Assembly (NCBI GenBank): GCA_963706325.1
Contig: CAVPLT010000004.1
Span: forward strand, 384,001-448,000
Length of the DNA: 64,000 nucleotides
Direction of reading: 5' to 3'
Origin: an uncultured Nitrospiraceae bacterium
GTDB lineage: Bacteria; Nitrospirota; Nitrospiria; Nitrospirales; Nitrospiraceae
How positions within the stretch are numbered: position 1 is the first letter of the stretch; each line of letters opens with the position of its first letter. This document shows, piece by piece, positions 61,042 through 64,000 of this stretch. A model generated the notes under the pieces. It searched no databases and was not told the DNA's origin. It saw only the letters and a program-made list of their open reading frames with translations. A program made the position numbers and the translations under genes.

Positions 61042-62076
61042 TCATTTTGCTTGCCCCACTTCCTCTACGGCTTTCGTCCAGGCCCCTTGCGGACTGAACA
61101 GTGCCGCGAAGATCTGGTCCCACCCTCCAAGGTCTCCGATCGTGAACACATGGGGAGGGTGGGTGAAGGCGGCGGCCGAGGTCTTCACCACGTTCTCGTT
61201 TGTCGGGCGAAAACCGAACTCAACGAAGGCCTGTTGGGCTTCCTCGCCGTTCAGAAAGAGCACGAATGCATCGGCAAGGTCCCGGACATGATGACGGTCG
61301 GCGTTCCGATCGACGACCGCGATGGGGTTTTCGACCACAACGGTCTCAGCAGGAAAGATCAACTCATAAGGGCGCCCCTGTTTGATCCGCGGCAGTAATT
61401 CGTTTTCATAGGTGACAATGACGTCGCCCACGCCGCGCTCGAAGGTCGTGACGGATTCGCGACCGCTCTTATCCATGACTTTGACGTTCCGTTGCACCCG
61501 TTTGACGAGATCGACGGCGTGCTGATCGACCGCGGAGCCGGCAAGACCTTTTTGCTTTCCCTGGTTGAGGCCCGCGCCGTAGATCGCAATCACATCCCAC
61601 ATCGCTCCTCCGGAGGTTTTCGGACTGGGATAGAGGACTTCGACACCGGGCTTGGTGAGATCCTCCCAACCGTGAATGGCCTTGGGATTTCCTTTTCGAA
61701 CACCCAATGCGACGATTGAAGTCGTCACGATGCCTTTTTGAGCGCCTTGCTTCCAGTCGTAGGTCACGAGACCGGCCTTCACCAGTTGATGGAGATCGCT
61801 TTCCAACGACAGCGCCGCGATGTCCGCATCGAGGCCCCCCACAATCGCGCGCGCTTGCGCGCCCGATGCGGCAAAGGAGCTTCGAATCTGAATCGTTTCC
61901 CCTGTCTTCTGTTTCCACTGCTGGACGAAGGCAGGGATGATTCGTTTCTCGTAGGCTTCCTTCGGCACGCTGTAGGCGGCGAGCAGGAGTTCTCTAGTGT
62001 CAGCCCCGGCGATGGCCGGCAGGATCGTGAAAAAAGATATCAGCGCCGTGAGGCGGGTGATGGTTCTGGCGTTCAT
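61042..62076 (-). CDS. Second, divergent sulfate/thiosulfate-binding protein
   Basis: SFAASGAQARA, RKGNPK.I..W.DL, PSPKTSGGA, GDVIVTYENE. Confidence 0.9.
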   Translation of the reverse strand: MNARTITRLTALISFFTILPAIAGADTRELLLAAYSVPKEAYEKRIIPAFVQQWKQKTGETIQIRSSFAASGAQARAIVGGLDADIAALSLESDLHQLVKAGLVTYDWKQGAQKGIVTTSIVALGVRKGNPKAIHGWEDLTKPGVEVLYPSPKTSGGAMWDVIAIYGAGLNQGKQKGLAGSAVDQHAVDLVKRVQRNVKVMDKSGRESVTTFERGVGDVIVTYENELLPRIKQGRPYELIFPAETVVVENPIAVVDRNADRHHVRDLADAFVLFLNGEEAQQAFVEFGFRPTNENVVKTSAAAFTHPPHVFTIGDLGGWDQIFAALFSPQGAWTKAVEEVGQAK

Positions 62077-62121
62077 GGTGATACAGACTCCTGTGATGCG
62101 TAAAAAAATATCCGTCGCTGA

Positions 62122-62424
62122 CTATTTCCTGTCGAGCCAGTGCATGAGGTCGAGTGGCCGGTGATCGACTGCCTCGACTTGACGCCCTCGTTTCTGGAAG
62201 AAGACGGGAAGCCCGCGGCGTGTCGCTTCGGTCCGAACTTTTCTTGCCAGGGTGTGGTTCACGCGATCCAGCACGACCACCACGGCTTCCGTGTCCTTGG
62301 GAATGGACTTTGTCAGGTCTCGAGTCTTGCGCCCGCTCCAATGTTCGACGCATCCATGGCCGCCGGCGTGCGCCCGCTGTGTGATCGCATCCACCGAATC
62401 GCCACCGACGACCAAGATCGACAT
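62122..62424 (-). CDS. DUF2325-family protein
   Basis: ILVVGGD, HW.GR, IP......V..D.VNH, GLPV.F. Confidence 0.8.
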   Translation of the reverse strand: MSILVVGGDSVDAITQRAHAGGHGCVEHWSGRKTRDLTKSIPKDTEAVVVVLDRVNHTLARKVRTEATRRGLPVFFQKRGRQVEAVDHRPLDLMHWLDRK

Positions 62425-62448
62425 GGAACTCCTTTCTTCCTCGAATCC

Positions 62449-63183
62449 TTACGGATGGGGTTGAGAAACTTCTTTGTTTCGATCCAAGCCAGGTTGGGCC
62501 GGCATATTGCTCAGGGCATCGCGATATCGAATCTGCAGTTCCTCACGCTGATCAGGCGCGAACAGGCTGCCGGCGGACCTCACTTTTGCGAGGTATTCTT
62601 CCGGTTCGAAGGTCACGTCGAATTCCGCGGAGGCCTCGGGCACGTTAGGCAGTTGGCGTTCGTATTTGCCGATATCCGGCCCGGGACCATGCTGGTCGTG
62701 GGCTTCGCTGAGGGAGAGATAAAGAATCTCGTCCCTTACCGAGATCCAACCGGTGGTTGTTTCTTCATTGCCTTGATCGGTTGGATGGCTCAGATGGAAA
62801 TAGATACGTTCTGACGGTGCCGCTTGCGCCAATGCCTTAGAGAGAGGATAGGCTAGGATGTTGATTTCCTCATCTCGAAAGACCCTGCGCCGGTCCGATG
62901 GGCCGGCAAAGAGTCGATGAAGAGCGTTGCGACGTTCCCATGACCTCACCCCGCGCAGCAAGGTGCCGACTTCAGTCGCCGTGAGTGAAGCCGGGTGGGT
63001 ATTGGAGGTCGAGTCAGGGTCCGGCTCGAGCAACACGGTGTTCAAGCCAGATTGATGAATGGTCTTCTTGGGTGGCAACGGCTTGCTTGCGCATCCAGCG
63101 AGCAGGGATAGTCCCACAATTATTGCACTCACGCGGAGAGACCATGTAATTGATGGATTTTGATTCTTTTGGACCGACTTCAT
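62449..63183 (-). CDS. Hypothetical lipoprotein
   Basis: LAGC lipobox; start overlaps the modA stop. Confidence 0.75.
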   Translation of the reverse strand: MKSVQKNQNPSITWSLRVSAIIVGLSLLAGCASKPLPPKKTIHQSGLNTVLLEPDPDSTSNTHPASLTATEVGTLLRGVRSWERRNALHRLFAGPSDRRRVFRDEEINILAYPLSKALAQAAPSERIYFHLSHPTDQGNEETTTGWISVRDEILYLSLSEAHDQHGPGPDIGKYERQLPNVPEASAEFDVTFEPEEYLAKVRSAGSLFAPDQREELQIRYRDALSNMPAQPGLDRNKEVSQPHP

Positions 63184-63998
63184 CGCTGTCCCTCCTGGGT
63201 CTGAGCCACGCCTGCATCGGAAGATACGCGGTCAAACCCGTATTGTTGTAAGAGTTCCTGCACCGGGGGTGTGAGCAAGAACTGGACAAAATCACCGGCC
63301 CCCGAGATATTTTTAGCGGTCCATGGAAGCGCGACTCCGTACTGGACCGGTTCATGCGATTCAACCGGGGTGGTATCCAATATGCGGACTTTCTTGCTTA
63401 AGGCCGCATCCGTTCGATAGACAATGCCGACCTCGGCTTCGCCATTCGCGACGAGATCCAATACGGCTCGGGAGTGCTCGCCAAAGACATATTGGGATTT
63501 GAGCTTAGGCTCCAGTTGACTACTTTTCAAAAACTGCGCCGCGACTTTTCCTACAGAGGATGTTTTCGGATCACCTATGGCCAGTCGCCGAACCGAGGCG
63601 CTGTGTAGATCCTGAATGGATGTGATTGAAGCGGGGAGGGTCGCGCCGGTTATCAACACCAGCGAGGTGCCGGCATAGATGCGTTTGCTGCCATCTAGGA
63701 TCAGCCCTTTCTTCTGGAGCTGATCAATCTCGTCGACCAATGAGGGTAGAAACACATCGACCGGGGCACCCTGTTCAATTTGATTCCGCAACGTTTGGGA
63801 AGGTCCATAAATAATTCGAAGATTCGTCTCCGGATACTGTGTTTCATAGAGCGGGAGGACCTTTCGAAAGGCTTCCCTCAGACTGTTCGCGGCGACGATG
63901 GTCAGGGTTTCCGGCTGTGCCTGCGCGGGCTGCAGAGTCCACCCGGATATGACTAGGGCGCTCACAATAAAGGCTATTCCCAATAAACGGTTTCGTGC
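63180..63998 (-). CDS. modA: Molybdate ABC substrate-binding protein (5' end probably outside the window)
   Basis: AANSL, GPS..L..QI.QGAP.DVF, AIGDP, GIVY.TDA; frame stays open to the window edge. Confidence 0.9.
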   Translation of the reverse strand, partial: ARNRLLGIAFIVSALVISGWTLQPAQAQPETLTIVAANSLREAFRKVLPLYETQYPETNLRIIYGPSQTLRNQIEQGAPVDVFLPSLVDEIDQLQKKGLILDGSKRIYAGTSLVLITGATLPASITSIQDLHSASVRRLAIGDPKTSSVGKVAAQFLKSSQLEPKLKSQYVFGEHSRAVLDLVANGEAEVGIVYRTDAALSKKVRILDTTPVESHEPVQYGVALPWTAKNISGAGDFVQFLLTPPVQELLQQYGFDRVSSDAGVAQTQEGQR

Positions 63999-64000
63999 TC

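Noticed and set aside
676..63814. Numerous antisense and alternate-frame ORFs in the six-frame track
   Set aside because: Shadows of well-supported genes in GC-rich DNA; the exceptions are 58569-58814 and 59189-59563, which are true cysW and cysT segments
1..64000. CRISPR arrays, tRNA/rRNA genes, transposases, integrases, prophage
   Set aside because: None recognised by eye; the lone sheath gene does not make a prophage

Overview
A GC-rich bacterial chromosomal window. Gene content and a REP/MITE-like element suggest Nitrospira or a relative, but this is inference. Left third: TolC/MFP/RND efflux operon, small membrane and secreted proteins, a PAS hybrid kinase, PPi-dependent PFK, aldose epimerase, a J-domain/ERCC4-nuclease fusion, galE and ychF. 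Middle: an accessory stretch with a Tat-exported plant-type polyphenol oxidase plus partner, an orphan contractile tail sheath, trmL (with a degenerate second copy of its 5' end), a ferritin-like protein and a CCAEP-tail radical SAM / DUF169 / ATP-grasp cluster, followed by kup, an AI-2E transporter, tex and an NtrBC-like pair. Right ~19 kb: a sulfur/molybdenum region with mop, modA, two sbp genes, frameshifted cysT/cysW, cysA, a sigma54 activator, a DsrE-like gene, thiS, cysK, a truncated moeB, a Family 2A encapsulin with cysteine desulfurase cargo, serine acetyltransferase and a persulfide dioxygenase. The best candidates for undescribed biology are the radical SAM/DUF169/ATP-grasp cluster, the extended encapsulin sulfur operon, the plant-like PPO pair, the DnaJ-ERCC4 fusion and a Cys-rich leader peptide overlapping a hairpin. 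All calls come from motif recognition by eye; no database searches were run.
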